Positions 34,654 to 45,182 of a stretch of 64,000 nt of DNA are shown piece by piece (position 1 is the stretch's first letter; each line of letters begins with the position of its first letter). Under the pieces are notes generated by a model. It searched no databases, was not told the origin of the DNA, and was given only the letters and a program-made list of their open reading frames with translations. The DNA is from an uncultured Flavobacteriaceae bacterium (GTDB lineage Bacteria; Bacteroidota; Bacteroidia; Flavobacteriales; Flavobacteriaceae): NCBI GenBank assembly GCA_905181625.1, contig CAJIYJ010000001.1, positions 30,889 through 94,888 on the forward strand, read 5' to 3'. Position numbers and translations under genes: made by a program.

Positions 34654-36516
34654 ATGAACCTACTCTCTGTTGAAGGTATTTCAAAATCTTATGGTGAAAA
34701 AGTAATTTTTACCACCCTTTCTTTTGGAATTAACCAAGGTCAAAAAATTGCTTTAATCGCCAAAAACGGAAGTGGAAAAACCTCTATTTTAAATATCATT
34801 GCTGGAGAGGACATACCTGATGAAGGTAATGTTATTTTTAGAAAAGGAACTCGGGTTGCTTACTTGGCTCAAGAATCTAACTTAGACCCTGAACTAACAG
34901 TCAAAGAAAGTATTTTTCAAGCAGATAATCCTATCTTAAAAATAATAGCTGACTACGATAAAGCATTAGAAAACCCAGAAGATCAAGAAGCCTATCAAAA
35001 AGCATTTGAGGCAATGGATCAAACCCAAGCTTGGGATTTTGAAACACAATACAAGAAGATTTTATTTAAGCTCAAGCTAGATGATTTAAGCGCCAAAATT
35101 GAAAGCTTATCGGGAGGACAAAAAAAAAGAATAGCTTTATGCAACGCTTTACTAAAGCGACCTGAATTATTAATTCTAGACGAACCTACCAACCACATAG
35201 ATTTAGAAATGATTGAATGGTTAGAGGATTATTTTTCTAAAGAAAAAATAACTTTATTTATGGTTACCCACGACCGTTATTTCTTGGAACGTGTATGCAA
35301 TGAAATTATTGAGTTAGATGAGGGTAAGCTCTATAATTACAAAGGTAATTACTCCTACTATCTAGAGAAAAGAGAAGCACGTATTGCTCAAGAAAATCTG
35401 GCAGCACATAAAACTAAGTTACATTTCAAGAAAGAACTAGATTGGATGCGTAGACAACCCAAGGCAAGGACTACTAAATCAAAATCTCGTATAGAAGATT
35501 TTAAAGTAATAAAAGAAAAAGCAAGTCAAAGACGTAATGAACACCAAGTTCAATTGGAAATAAACATGGAACGCTTGGGAAATAAAATGATTGAAATGCA
35601 TAAAGTTCAAAAAGCATTTGGTGATAAAATCATATTAGATCATTTTGACTATATGTTTCAACGGAACGACCGTATTGGAATCATTGGAAAGAATGGTACA
35701 GGAAAATCTACATTCTTAAATCTACTAACTTCTAATGACACTGCAGATGCTGGAAAAATTGTTTGGGGAGAAACATTAAAATTCGGGTACTATACTCAAA
35801 AAGGTATTCCTGTTAAAAAAGGGCAAAAAGTAATTGATGTTATAAGAGATTATGGTGATTTTATTCCTCTTAAAAAAGGACGTAAAATATCAGCACAACA
35901 ATTACTAGAACGATTTTTATTTAATCGCAAAAAACAATATGATTTTGTTGACAAATTAAGTGGTGGAGAACGTAAGCGTCTATATCTATGTACAGTTTTA
36001 ATTCAAAACCCAAACTTTTTGATTCTTGATGAACCTACAAATGATTTAGATATCATCACACTCAACGTACTCGAAAATTTTCTATTAGACTTTCCTGGAT
36101 GTCTACTAGTTGTTTCTCATGATCGATATTTTATGGATAAAATCGTAGATCATTTGTTTATATTCAAAGGTTCAGGTATTGTTGAGAATTTTCCTGGAAA
36201 TTATTCTGATTATAGAGCATATGAAAATTCTCAAATTGAAGAAAGAAGAGCAGCTCCCAAGCAAGAGAAAAAACCAAAAAAAGAATGGAAGGATACTACA
36301 AAAAAAACAACCTTAAACTTTAAGCAACAAAAAGAGTTTAAAAAACTAGAACGAGAGATAAAAAATATTGAAATTCAAAAAGAAGAAATTAAAAATCGTT
36401 TTATAAATGAAACTCTAGACCAAAAACAAATTGAGGAATGTTCAATTAAACTTGGAACGCTTGAAAAAGAACTAGAAACAAAATCATTACGATGGTTTGA
36501 ATTATCTGAAAACTAA
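34654..36516 (+). CDS. ABC-F family ATPase (two ABC domains, no transmembrane domain; Uup/YheS-like)
   Basis: 620-aa ORF. Two Walker A motifs (AKNGSGKTS, GKNGTGKST). Two signature motifs (LSGGQKKR, LSGGERKR). Two Walker B motifs (LILDEPTNH, LILDEPTND). A Lys/Glu-rich C-terminal coiled coil. Confidence 0.9.
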   Translation: MNLLSVEGISKSYGEKVIFTTLSFGINQGQKIALIAKNGSGKTSILNIIAGEDIPDEGNVIFRKGTRVAYLAQESNLDPELTVKESIFQADNPILKIIADYDKALENPEDQEAYQKAFEAMDQTQAWDFETQYKKILFKLKLDDLSAKIESLSGGQKKRIALCNALLKRPELLILDEPTNHIDLEMIEWLEDYFSKEKITLFMVTHDRYFLERVCNEIIELDEGKLYNYKGNYSYYLEKREARIAQENLAAHKTKLHFKKELDWMRRQPKARTTKSKSRIEDFKVIKEKASQRRNEHQVQLEINMERLGNKMIEMHKVQKAFGDKIILDHFDYMFQRNDRIGIIGKNGTGKSTFLNLLTSNDTADAGKIVWGETLKFGYYTQKGIPVKKGQKVIDVIRDYGDFIPLKKGRKISAQQLLERFLFNRKKQYDFVDKLSGGERKRLYLCTVLIQNPNFLILDEPTNDLDIITLNVLENFLLDFPGCLLVVSHDRYFMDKIVDHLFIFKGSGIVENFPGNYSDYRAYENSQIEERRAAPKQEKKPKKEWKDTTKKTTLNFKQQKEFKKLEREIKNIEIQKEEIKNRFINETLDQKQIEECSIKLGTLEKELETKSLRWFELSEN

Positions 36517-36592
36517 GTTCAACATTCCCCTTAGATCTATGCTTCTTAGTCAGCTAAAGGTTATTATATAAACAAAATCATAAGTTTACATT

Positions 36593-38333
36593 CTAGTTTG
36601 ATAGGTGTATCAACTCATGATATCTTCCCTTTAGCAGCTATTAATTCTTCGTGTTTACCACGTTCCACTATATCACCATCTTCTATTACTAGAATTTGAT
36701 CTGCCTTTTGAATAGTACTCAGGCGATGAGCAATCACGAAAGTAGTTCTGTTCTGCATTAATAAACCCAGACTTTTTTGAATAAATGCTTCACTTTGAGT
36801 GTCTAGATTTGAAGTAGCTTCATCCAAAATCACAATCTTAGGTCGCGCTAACAAAGCACGTGCAATAGAAATTCGTCTGTCTTTGTCCTCCAGATAATTT
36901 CACTCCACGCTCACCTATAAGAGTATCAATCCCTTTTTCAAAACGATCTGTAAATTCATTAACATAAGCGCCATGAACTGCTTGCTGAAGCTCTTCTTCA
37001 GTTGCATTAGGACGTGGAAATAGAATGTTTTCTCTAATTGTACCTTCATACAAAAAGTCGTCTTGAAGAACAACGCCCAATTGACTTCTATAGCTTCGAA
37101 GATCTACCTTTGATAGATCTTCTCCATCAATTAAAACTTTACCCGAGCTTGGATTTAAAAAAGCAGTAGCCAGTCCAGCAATAGTAGATTTACCTGAACC
37201 TGAAGAACCGACTAGTGCAGTAACACTTCCTTTTGGAGCTTCAAATGAGATGTCATGTAATACTCTTGTTTTATCATCATAACTAAACGAAATATTTTTG
37301 AAAGAAACATTTCCTTCAATTTTCTTGAGAACTACTTTTCGATTTTAAGGATCATTCTCTTCAGGTCAAACCCATTAATTCTTGAGTTCGGTCTAAGCCT
37401 GCAAAAGCCTCGGTAAGTTGACTCCCTATATTACTCATTTGAACAATGGGCGCAATCATAAAGCCAAGAAAGAGAGTGAATGAGACAAATTCTCCATAGG
37501 TCATACTTCCATTCATAATGAAATAACCCCCCATTCCCATGATGCCAGCCGATGCTAAACCAAGTAAAAAAGTAGAAGAACTGGTTATAAATGCTGTAGC
37601 GGTTAGACTCTTTTTTACATTTTGAAACAATTCATCAACCCCTTTTTTAAAAACTTTAAGTTCTTGTGATTCTGCATTAAAGCCTTTAATTACACGAATT
37701 CCATTTAAAGTTTCAGTTAGACGACCAGTAACCTCGGCATTTATTTTCCCTCGAACTCTAAAAATAGGTCGTATATATCCAAAAGCTTTCAGCGCTATTA
37801 GAGCAAAAATCGCAACTGGCAATAAAACAAATAAAGTCATTTGTGCATTGATTTTTATTAATATAAATAAAGAAATAAGTGCAGAAATACTCCCCCCTAT
37901 TAATTGAACCAATCCTGTTCCAACCAAATTTCGAACCCCTTCAACATCTATCATTACTCTAGAGACTAAAGTTCCAGACTTGTTATTATCAAAAAAACTT
38001 ACTGGAAGTGTCAATAATTTTTGTTGAACTTTAGCACGCAATACAGAAATTAAGTGTTGTGCTTCTACACTTAAAACGCGGGTCTAGAGAAAAAGAGCTA
38101 ATCGATCTGAAATAATAATGCAGAACAAACAATAATCAATAAAGTATAGTGCATCCATATCTTTTGAAGGTATTACTATCATCTATCAGAGTTTTACTGG
38201 CGTAAGGAAGCACAAGCCCTGAAAGACTTCTAAAGATTATCAAAATCAGTCCGAAAGAAACTACTTTTCTTCTTGGCCAAATAAATTCTTTAAAGGCCCA
38301 ACTAAATGAAACATTTTTTTTACTCATACTCAT
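36593..38333 (-). pseudogene. Heavily decayed ABC exporter (fused TMD-NBD, MsbA/multidrug type)
   Basis: The pieces occupy four or more frames. They are TM1 (38136..38333), the TMD (37361..38041), the NBD with Walker A GSSGSGKST (about 36838..37340), and the tail with [10 protein letters not shown] and AHRLSTI (36615..36854). There is an in-frame TAG at 38084..38086 and an in-frame TAA at 37345..37347. Frame changes lie near 38090..38200, 37348..37365, 36872..36880 (LSGGQRQ / RISIARALL) and about 36618..36630. Confidence 0.8.
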
Positions 38334-38559
38334 TGATTAATCAATAAAATTTAATTTTCTGACTTCGAACTATATTGATTCGAGTCTTTTTAAACAACTG
38401 TAAATGAATGGGGGGAATTCTTAGAAATACACTAGAAAATTTAAAACCATTCTTATATTCAACACAATTTTAACATTAAACACTAATTGCTTATAACTGT
38501 CTATTAATTCATTAAAAGCTAATGAACATAAAAAACATGTAGGTATGCTTTAGGGTATT

Positions 38560-39171
38560 CTATTTTAATGTTTTTGTGAAATTTTCAAGATGTTTTTCTG
38601 GCATCGTATCAACCTCAAATCGAACTATTACGTCACCCCATAATAGAGAAACAATAGCTTTCTTATTATCATTAGCTCCTATTATATATTTTAACCTTTC
38701 TACAACAGTATCATTATCCCAATATTCTGGTTTCACATCAACACTAACAGCTAAATCTTTATTATAGGCTTCCCTATCAAGAGTTCCATCATTGCTCATA
38801 TATGCGAAGGGGTATTTACCTGCAGAATTTAGATCTATTGTCCAATCACCTTCTTTTCTAGGCGTAACAGCAATTGCATACTCACCAGCTCTTAATGTCT
38901 TTTCGCCAATAATCACACTTGTTGAAAACTTTATAATAGTAGGACTATTTGCACCAGCTCTCCATACCTGATTGTATGGAACAAGACCACCAAACACTTC
39001 CCTTCCTTTAACACCTGGCGACGAATAATTAATAGAAATATTTGTCATTCCAACATTCTGACTTACAGAAGCTTGCGGACTAGACACAGGACTTAAATAT
39101 GATGTGGCAGTTTGTGAAAATGATGTTATAGCAACAAATAGAAATAAGGATGTTAGTATTATATTTTTCAT
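38560..39171 (-). CDS. DUF2911 family exported protein
   Basis: I place the start at the internal ATG 39169..39171, giving MKNIILTSLFLFVAITSFSQ (signal peptide). The core SPGVKGREVFGGLVPYNQVWRAGAN...LRAGEYAI matches the DUF2911 pattern as I recall it. The track N-terminal extension has no signal-like features. Confidence 0.65.
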   Translation of the reverse strand: MKNIILTSLFLFVAITSFSQTATSYLSPVSSPQASVSQNVGMTNISINYSSPGVKGREVFGGLVPYNQVWRAGANSPTIIKFSTSVIIGEKTLRAGEYAIAVTPRKEGDWTIDLNSAGKYPFAYMSNDGTLDREAYNKDLAVSVDVKPEYWDNDTVVERLKYIIGANDNKKAIVSLLWGDVIVRFEVDTMPEKHLENFTKTLK

Positions 39172-39381
39172 GATTTTAAAATTGATATTTATCTTAATTA
39201 TATTGATAACTAAGTTAAAACAAAATTTATTAAATTTGATCAGATGATTAAAAAGACTTATCATTTTTATGCACATCAAAATATAAAGAATCGAGATTCT
39301 TACATCTTCGCATAATCCTTTATCTTTTCTTTTACAAAATAACCCTTTTAAACTTTTTACATTAACAAAATCAACTTACAT

Positions 39382-40758
39382 ATGCAATTACCTTATATAG
39401 AACCCTACAAAATAAAAATGGTAGAATCCATTGAACAATCTACGCCAGAACAAAGAAAAAAATGGATCGAAGACGCTTCTTATAATTTATTCAAATTAAA
39501 CAGCAATCAAGTTGTCATTGACTTGATTACAGATTCTGGAACAGGAGCCATGTCTGATAAGCAGTGGGCAGAAATCATGCTCGGTGATGAAAGTTATGCA
39601 GGGTCAAGTTCTTTTTTAAAGTTAGAAAAAACTGTAAAAAATATTACTGGTTTTAAGTATTTTATACCTACACACCAAGGTAGAGCTGCTGAAAACGTTT
39701 TGTTTTCAGCTTTAGTAAAAAAAGGTGATTTTATTCCAGGAAATGCTCATTTTGATACAACCAAAGGGCATATAGAATACCGTAAAGCAGCTACACTAGA
39801 TTGTACTATTAAGGATGCCTTTGATGTAGAAACAGACCATCCTTTTAAAGGTAATATTGATTTGGAAAAACTAGAAGAAATTCTTGTTAATACTCCTAAA
39901 GGAAAAATTCCATTTGTACTAATCACTATTACTTGCAATACAGTTGGCGGACAACCTGTGTCTTTAGAAAACATACGTTCTGTTAGGTCTCTCTGTAATC
40001 AATATAAAGTAAATTTGTTTATTGATGGAGCTCGTTTTGCTGAAAATGCTTATTTCATAAAAATTCGAGAAAAAGAATTTGTCAATCATTCCATAAAAGA
40101 AATTGTAAAAGAAATGTTCTCTTTGGCAGACGGCATGACTATGAGTGCAAAAAAAGATGGGATTGTTAATATGGGTGGCTTTATAGCATTAAACAATCCA
40201 GACACTCATGAGGTTTGCTCAAACTTTGCAATTATGTATGAAGGATTTGTTACTTATGGTGGAATGTCAGGAAGAGACATGGGAGCTTTATCTCAAGGAC
40301 TAATTGAGGGAACATCCTTTGATTATTTACAAAGTAGAATTCGACAAGTTTCTTACTTAGGACAACGTCTTGATGAATTTAATGTTCCTGTTTTAAAGCC
40401 TTTCGGAGGGCACGCCATTTATATTGACGCTACAAAATTCGTTCCTAATATTCCAAAAGAAGAATATAGAGCTCAGGCTTTAGCAATAGAATTATATATT
40501 ATTGCCGGAATTAGAGGTGTTGAAATTGGAACCTTATTAGCAGACCGTGACCCCATAACTAGAGAAAATCGTTTTCCTAAACTAGAAATGGTTCGACTCG
40601 CTATCCCTAGAAGAACCTATACATTATCACAAATGGAATATGTTGCTGTTGCGTTGAAAATCATATACGAAACAAGAAACAATGCCAAAAGCGGTTATAC
40701 TATAAAATGGGAAGCTCCAATAATGAGACACTTTTCAGTAAAACTGACAAAAAAATAA
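39382..40758 (+). CDS. tnaA: Tryptophanase (beta-eliminating lyase family)
   Basis: 458-aa ORF. DLITDSGTGAMS, PTHQGRAAE, FDTTKGH, ARFAENAYFIK, SAKKDGIVNMGG (PLP Lys), AQALAIELYIIAGIRGVEIG and the C-terminal RHFSVKL closely follow E. coli TnaA rather than tyrosine phenol-lyase. Confidence 0.8.
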   Translation: MQLPYIEPYKIKMVESIEQSTPEQRKKWIEDASYNLFKLNSNQVVIDLITDSGTGAMSDKQWAEIMLGDESYAGSSSFLKLEKTVKNITGFKYFIPTHQGRAAENVLFSALVKKGDFIPGNAHFDTTKGHIEYRKAATLDCTIKDAFDVETDHPFKGNIDLEKLEEILVNTPKGKIPFVLITITCNTVGGQPVSLENIRSVRSLCNQYKVNLFIDGARFAENAYFIKIREKEFVNHSIKEIVKEMFSLADGMTMSAKKDGIVNMGGFIALNNPDTHEVCSNFAIMYEGFVTYGGMSGRDMGALSQGLIEGTSFDYLQSRIRQVSYLGQRLDEFNVPVLKPFGGHAIYIDATKFVPNIPKEEYRAQALAIELYIIAGIRGVEIGTLLADRDPITRENRFPKLEMVRLAIPRRTYTLSQMEYVAVALKIIYETRNNAKSGYTIKWEAPIMRHFSVKLTKK

Positions 40759-40862
40759 ACTATAAATTTTTTTTAAAATATTTAATTTCTATAAAACACA
40801 AGGTCTTTGAGTAGTATTAATATGATTATATTTAAATAACAAATTGAACTAAAAAAATAAAA

Positions 40863-42551
40863 ATGAAATACTTAAAAACTTGTCTATTTGTAACCGTTTT
40901 AACAATTAGCCTGTACGCGTGTAAAAATCAAAAAACTTCTACAGCCTTTTCTATTGCTGAATTAGATTTGAATAGAGGACCTTTGTTACTTTGCGGGGAT
41001 TCAGAATTTGGAGATGTCAATTTCACGCTCTCATGTCGCTATGATTTAAGAGAAGCATTTAATTTAGGATTATCTTTAATCCATTCATTTGAATACGCTG
41101 AAGCTGAAAAAGCATTTGTAAGCGTTCTAGATGAGGCTCCTGATTGCTTAATGGCCTACTGGGGAACAGCAATGAGTATTTTAAACCACCCTTTATCATT
41201 TAATCAAAATCCTAAATCACTGGAACGTGGTGAAGCATTACTAAAAATAGCAAACACTTTAATACCAAACAATGAACGTGAACAAGACTACATTGATGCT
41301 GTATCCGTATATTTTAAAGACTGGAGAACAGTAGACACAAAGACTAGAAAGCTGAATTACGCAACTAAAATGGAAGAATTATACACTAAATATCCTGAAG
41401 ATGTTGAAACCGCTGTTTTTTACTCTTTAGCTGTTCTTGCAACATCAGACCCTAATGACAAGACATACAGTAAACAAAAAAAATCCGGAAAAATACTAGA
41501 AGACTTATTTATTAAATTCCCTAACCATCCAGGTATTGCTCACTATATAATACATAATTACGACTCTCCTGAGTTAGCGCATTTAGCACTGGAAGTAGCA
41601 CGAAAATATGCTGTAATTGCACCAGCATCAGCGCATGCTCAACACATGCCTTCACATATATTTACACGTTTAGGATTGTGGAATGAATCTATTAGATCTA
41701 ATAATGATTCTGCCAATTCTGCAGTATGCTATGCAGAATCCGTAAATCCAGATGCAACTTGGGTAAGTGAAATTCATGCATTAGACTATTTGGTTTATGC
41801 TTATTTACAAAAAGGTGATAATACTAGAGCAGAGTTAGAGTTAGAAAAAGTACAGTCTATTAAAAAAATATTTCCATCTAATAGCTATGCATCTGCCTAT
41901 GCGTTAATTGCCGTACCATCTAGATTAGCTATTGAAAACAAAGATTGGAAGCGCGCTACAGAACTTCAATTACCGTTAACAGAAATGAACTGGGATAAAT
42001 CATATTGGCCCAAAGCAATGCTTCATTTTTCTAAAATATTAGGTTTTTCAAATTTAAAAAACATTTCTTCAGCCCAAGAAGAGTTAACTATTTTAAAAAC
42101 ACTTCATCAAGAGCTTATTAAATCTGAAGATATTTATAAGTCAGGTCAAGTCGCTATTCAAATTAATTCAGCTAATGCCTGGATTGAGTTGGCTAAAGGA
42201 AATTCTGAAAAAGCGTTAAATTTTATGCTAATAGCTTCAGATTTAGAGAGTAAAACTTCAAAACATGCCGTGACACCTGGAGAAATAATTCCTGCTGACG
42301 AACTGTTAGCAGATATGTATTTAGCTCTAAATAAACCTAAAAAAGCACTTGAAACTTATAAACTAAATCTAAAAGGACACCCCAATCGATTTAACGGATT
42401 GTATGGCGCAGCCAAAGCAGCTCAACAAATCAATGACAGCAAACAAGCTACTTTTTATTTTCAAGAATTAATAACGCTATGTGAATCCACTAACAGTAAT
42501 CGTCCTGAATTAGCTGAGGCTAAGCAGTTTATTTCAAAAAAACTTATATAA
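40863..42551 (+). CDS. TPR-like helical-repeat lipoprotein with a His-rich motif; function unknown
   Basis: 562-aa ORF. Signal plus lipobox LTISLYAC. Helical-repeat composition throughout. Conserved-looking segments are CGDSEFGDVNFTLSC, CLMAYWGTAMS and ASAHAQHMPSHIFTRLGLW. Confidence 0.45.
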   Translation: MKYLKTCLFVTVLTISLYACKNQKTSTAFSIAELDLNRGPLLLCGDSEFGDVNFTLSCRYDLREAFNLGLSLIHSFEYAEAEKAFVSVLDEAPDCLMAYWGTAMSILNHPLSFNQNPKSLERGEALLKIANTLIPNNEREQDYIDAVSVYFKDWRTVDTKTRKLNYATKMEELYTKYPEDVETAVFYSLAVLATSDPNDKTYSKQKKSGKILEDLFIKFPNHPGIAHYIIHNYDSPELAHLALEVARKYAVIAPASAHAQHMPSHIFTRLGLWNESIRSNNDSANSAVCYAESVNPDATWVSEIHALDYLVYAYLQKGDNTRAELELEKVQSIKKIFPSNSYASAYALIAVPSRLAIENKDWKRATELQLPLTEMNWDKSYWPKAMLHFSKILGFSNLKNISSAQEELTILKTLHQELIKSEDIYKSGQVAIQINSANAWIELAKGNSEKALNFMLIASDLESKTSKHAVTPGEIIPADELLADMYLALNKPKKALETYKLNLKGHPNRFNGLYGAAKAAQQINDSKQATFYFQELITLCESTNSNRPELAEAKQFISKKLI

Positions 42552-42562
42552 ATAAATTTAGA

Positions 42563-43201
42563 ATGTCTAGACTAATTAAGCTCTCATTAATCTTTTTTAT
42601 ATTTTACTTAAATTCTTGTAATCAAGTTTCAAAAGATCCATTACCTATTTATAACCCAACTGACTTTAATCCTGAGTTAGTTGATGCGAGCCTACATAAC
42701 AAAATTAAGAATCATAAAGTAGATGACTTTACACTCATAAATCAAAATGGGAATGTTATAACTCAAGAGAATTACAAAGATAAAATTTATGTAGTTGATT
42801 TCTTTTTCACTAGATGTCCAAGCATTTGCCCTATAATGACAGATAACTTAGTGAAAGTTCAAAATCAGTTCATTAATGATAACAAAGTCATGCTCCTTTC
42901 TTTATCTGTAACACCTTATATTGATAGTGTATCTGTTCTTAAAAAATATGCGCAAGACAAAGGAGTAAAAGACAATAAATGGAATATTACTACAGGGGAC
43001 AAAAAGCATATTTATAATCTTGCTAGAAAAAGCTACTTTGCCGTTATTGAGCAAGGAGATGGTGGTTTACAAGATTTTATACATACACCTAATTTTATAC
43101 TAGTAGACACAAATAAGCAAATTAGAGGAGTCTACGATGGTACTGATGATGAAGCTGTTCTTAAGTTAATTGATGATATTGAGATTTTAACAAAGCTATA
43201 G
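42563..43201 (+). CDS. SCO1/SenC family copper chaperone (thioredoxin fold)
   Basis: 212-aa ORF with a lipoprotein signal (YLNSC). CxxxC motif FFFTRCPSICP. Downstream conserved His context (DFIHTPNFILVD). Confidence 0.8.
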   Translation: MSRLIKLSLIFFIFYLNSCNQVSKDPLPIYNPTDFNPELVDASLHNKIKNHKVDDFTLINQNGNVITQENYKDKIYVVDFFFTRCPSICPIMTDNLVKVQNQFINDNKVMLLSLSVTPYIDSVSVLKKYAQDKGVKDNKWNITTGDKKHIYNLARKSYFAVIEQGDGGLQDFIHTPNFILVDTNKQIRGVYDGTDDEAVLKLIDDIEILTKL

Positions 43202-43232
43202 TTAAGTCATAAATGTTTTATTACTTTTAATA

Positions 43233-44234
43233 ATGGAAAATAAGACATTAGGGGAATTTATTATAGAAAACCAAAATGCCTTTAAATATTCTTCAGGTGA
43301 ATTATCTAGAATTCTTAATTCCATAAGGCTAGCTGCAAAAGTCGTTAATCATAAGGTTAATAAAGCTGGTCTAGTAGACATCCTTGGCTCCGCTGGAAAT
43401 AAAAACGTTCAAGATGAAGATCAAAAAAAACTAGATATTTTAGCAAATGAAATATTTATACAAACATTAATTAATAGAGAAATTGTATGTGGAATTGCAT
43501 CTGAAGAGAATGAAAATTTTATAAATGTAGAAGGTCATAACAACGAGAATAAAAACAAATATATTGTCTTAATTGATCCTCTAGATGGATCATCAAATAT
43601 AGATGTGAATGTTTCTGTGGGAACAATTTTTTCAGTTTTCAGAAGAACTAGTCCTTTAGGTTCCCCTGTGAATTTAAATGATTTTTTACAAAAAGGAGTG
43701 AATCAAGTTGCCGCTGGATATGTAATCTACGGAACCTCAACTATGTTGGTTTACACAACGGGGCATGGTGTGAATGGATTTACTTTAAATCCAGCTATTG
43801 GAACTTTTTATCTATCACATCCTAAAATGACTTATAAAAAAAATGGTCATATTTACTCACTAAATGAGGGTAATTACATCCATTTCCCTGAAGCTATAAA
43901 AAATTATGTAAAATACTGTCAATTAGAAGAGGGAGATAGGCCTTATACTTCAAGATACATAGGGAGTCTAGTTTCAGATTTTCATAGAAATATAATAAAG
44001 GGCGGAATTTATTTATATCCAAGTAGTAAAAAAAAACCTAAAGGAAAACTCAGATTACTTTACGAATGTAATCCAATGGCTTTTATAGCCGAACAAGCTG
44101 GCGGAAAAGCATCAGATGGTTTTAATAGAATAATGGAAGTAAGTCCAAAAGAGTTACACGAAAGAATACCTTTTTACTGCGGAAGCTATAATATGGTTAA
44201 AAAGCTAGAGAGTTTTATGAAAAAATATCAATAA
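43233..44234 (+). CDS. fbp: Class 1 fructose-1,6-bisphosphatase
   Basis: 333-aa [12 protein letters not shown] start, [20 protein letters not shown] metal-binding motif, and the [16 protein letters not shown]-terminal motif. Confidence 0.9.
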   Translation: MENKTLGEFIIENQNAFKYSSGELSRILNSIRLAAKVVNHKVNKAGLVDILGSAGNKNVQDEDQKKLDILANEIFIQTLINREIVCGIASEENENFINVEGHNNENKNKYIVLIDPLDGSSNIDVNVSVGTIFSVFRRTSPLGSPVNLNDFLQKGVNQVAAGYVIYGTSTMLVYTTGHGVNGFTLNPAIGTFYLSHPKMTYKKNGHIYSLNEGNYIHFPEAIKNYVKYCQLEEGDRPYTSRYIGSLVSDFHRNIIKGGIYLYPSSKKKPKGKLRLLYECNPMAFIAEQAGGKASDGFNRIMEVSPKELHERIPFYCGSYNMVKKLESFMKKYQ

Positions 44235-44270
44235 ATATTTTCTAATTAAAACGGCATACCTTCGCAAATA

Positions 44271-45158
44271 ATGCATCCACTAAATCCATATTATAATCGC
44301 TACGATCTTAAAAGATTAATCAAATTCCATCCTTTATTACAAAGACATATCATTTTAAACCCTTTATGTGAAGAAACAATCGATTTCAGTTCTTCAATTG
44401 CAATCTATGCATTGAACAAGGCTATACTACTTGCCGATTTCAAACTTGATAATTATGATTTACCTATTGGTTATCTAATTCCGCCTATTCCCGGAAGGTT
44501 AGATTACCTACTGCATATACGTGATTTCCTTTCAGAAAAATTCAATACATCTCAAAACGAGCAACTAAGAGGGTTAGACATAGGTACTGGAGCTAATGGC
44601 ATCTATTGTATTTTGGGTGCTCAATATTTTAATTGGAAAATGGTTGGAATTGATAGTGATGAAAAAGCAATAGAAATAGCAAATACTAATATCCAACATA
44701 GCTATGCATTAAAAAACAATGTTAAGTTGTATCATCAAAAAAATAAAAGTTTTTTGTTTAAGAATATTATTAAATCCTGTGATCTATTTGATTTTATAGT
44801 TTGTAATCCACCTTTTCATATTTCTAAAGAAGAGGCTATAAAAGGGTCACTTAGAAAACTTAACAATTTAGATAGCCAAAGTATTAATACAGAATTCAAA
44901 CTTAATTTTGAGGGACAAGCAAATGAACTTTGGTGTAACGGTGGAGAAGTACTCTTTATTAAGAGGTTAATAAAAGAGAGTCTGATGTTTAAACATCAAG
45001 TGAAAGTGTTTTCTACTATTGTAGCTAAAGCAAATAGCTTAATTATAATAAAAAAACAACTTAAGAAAGCAAAAGCAAATTTTTATATAATCCCCACTAG
45101 TTTAGGTAATAAAAAAGGACGTTATGTGATGTGGTGGTTTGAGATCAACAAATCTTAA
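44271..45158 (+). CDS. rlmF: 23S rRNA (adenine1618-N6)-methyltransferase
   Basis: 295-aa ORF. LIPPIPGRLDYLLHIRDFL, GLDIGTGANGIY (SAM site) and CNPPFH catalytic motif are characteristic of RlmF/YbiN. Confidence 0.8.
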   Translation: MHPLNPYYNRYDLKRLIKFHPLLQRHIILNPLCEETIDFSSSIAIYALNKAILLADFKLDNYDLPIGYLIPPIPGRLDYLLHIRDFLSEKFNTSQNEQLRGLDIGTGANGIYCILGAQYFNWKMVGIDSDEKAIEIANTNIQHSYALKNNVKLYHQKNKSFLFKNIIKSCDLFDFIVCNPPFHISKEEAIKGSLRKLNNLDSQSINTEFKLNFEGQANELWCNGGEVLFIKRLIKESLMFKHQVKVFSTIVAKANSLIIIKKQLKKAKANFYIIPTSLGNKKGRYVMWWFEINKS

Positions 45159-45182
45159 TTATGAATATATTTTGGTCAATGA

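Noticed and set aside
38361-38391. A plus-strand hairpin plus T-run (gacttcgaa...ttcgagtc ttttt) that resembles a terminator.
   Set aside because: No plus-strand gene ends upstream of it. It sits in the 5' region of the decayed ABC exporter, the stem needs a bulge, and its function cannot be supported.
39172-39279. A 36-codon N-terminal extension of the DUF2911 ORF.
   Set aside because: The internal ATG at 39169..39171 yields a proper signal peptide (MKNIILTSLFLFVAITSFSQ). The extension is low-complexity (NIIKININFKI).
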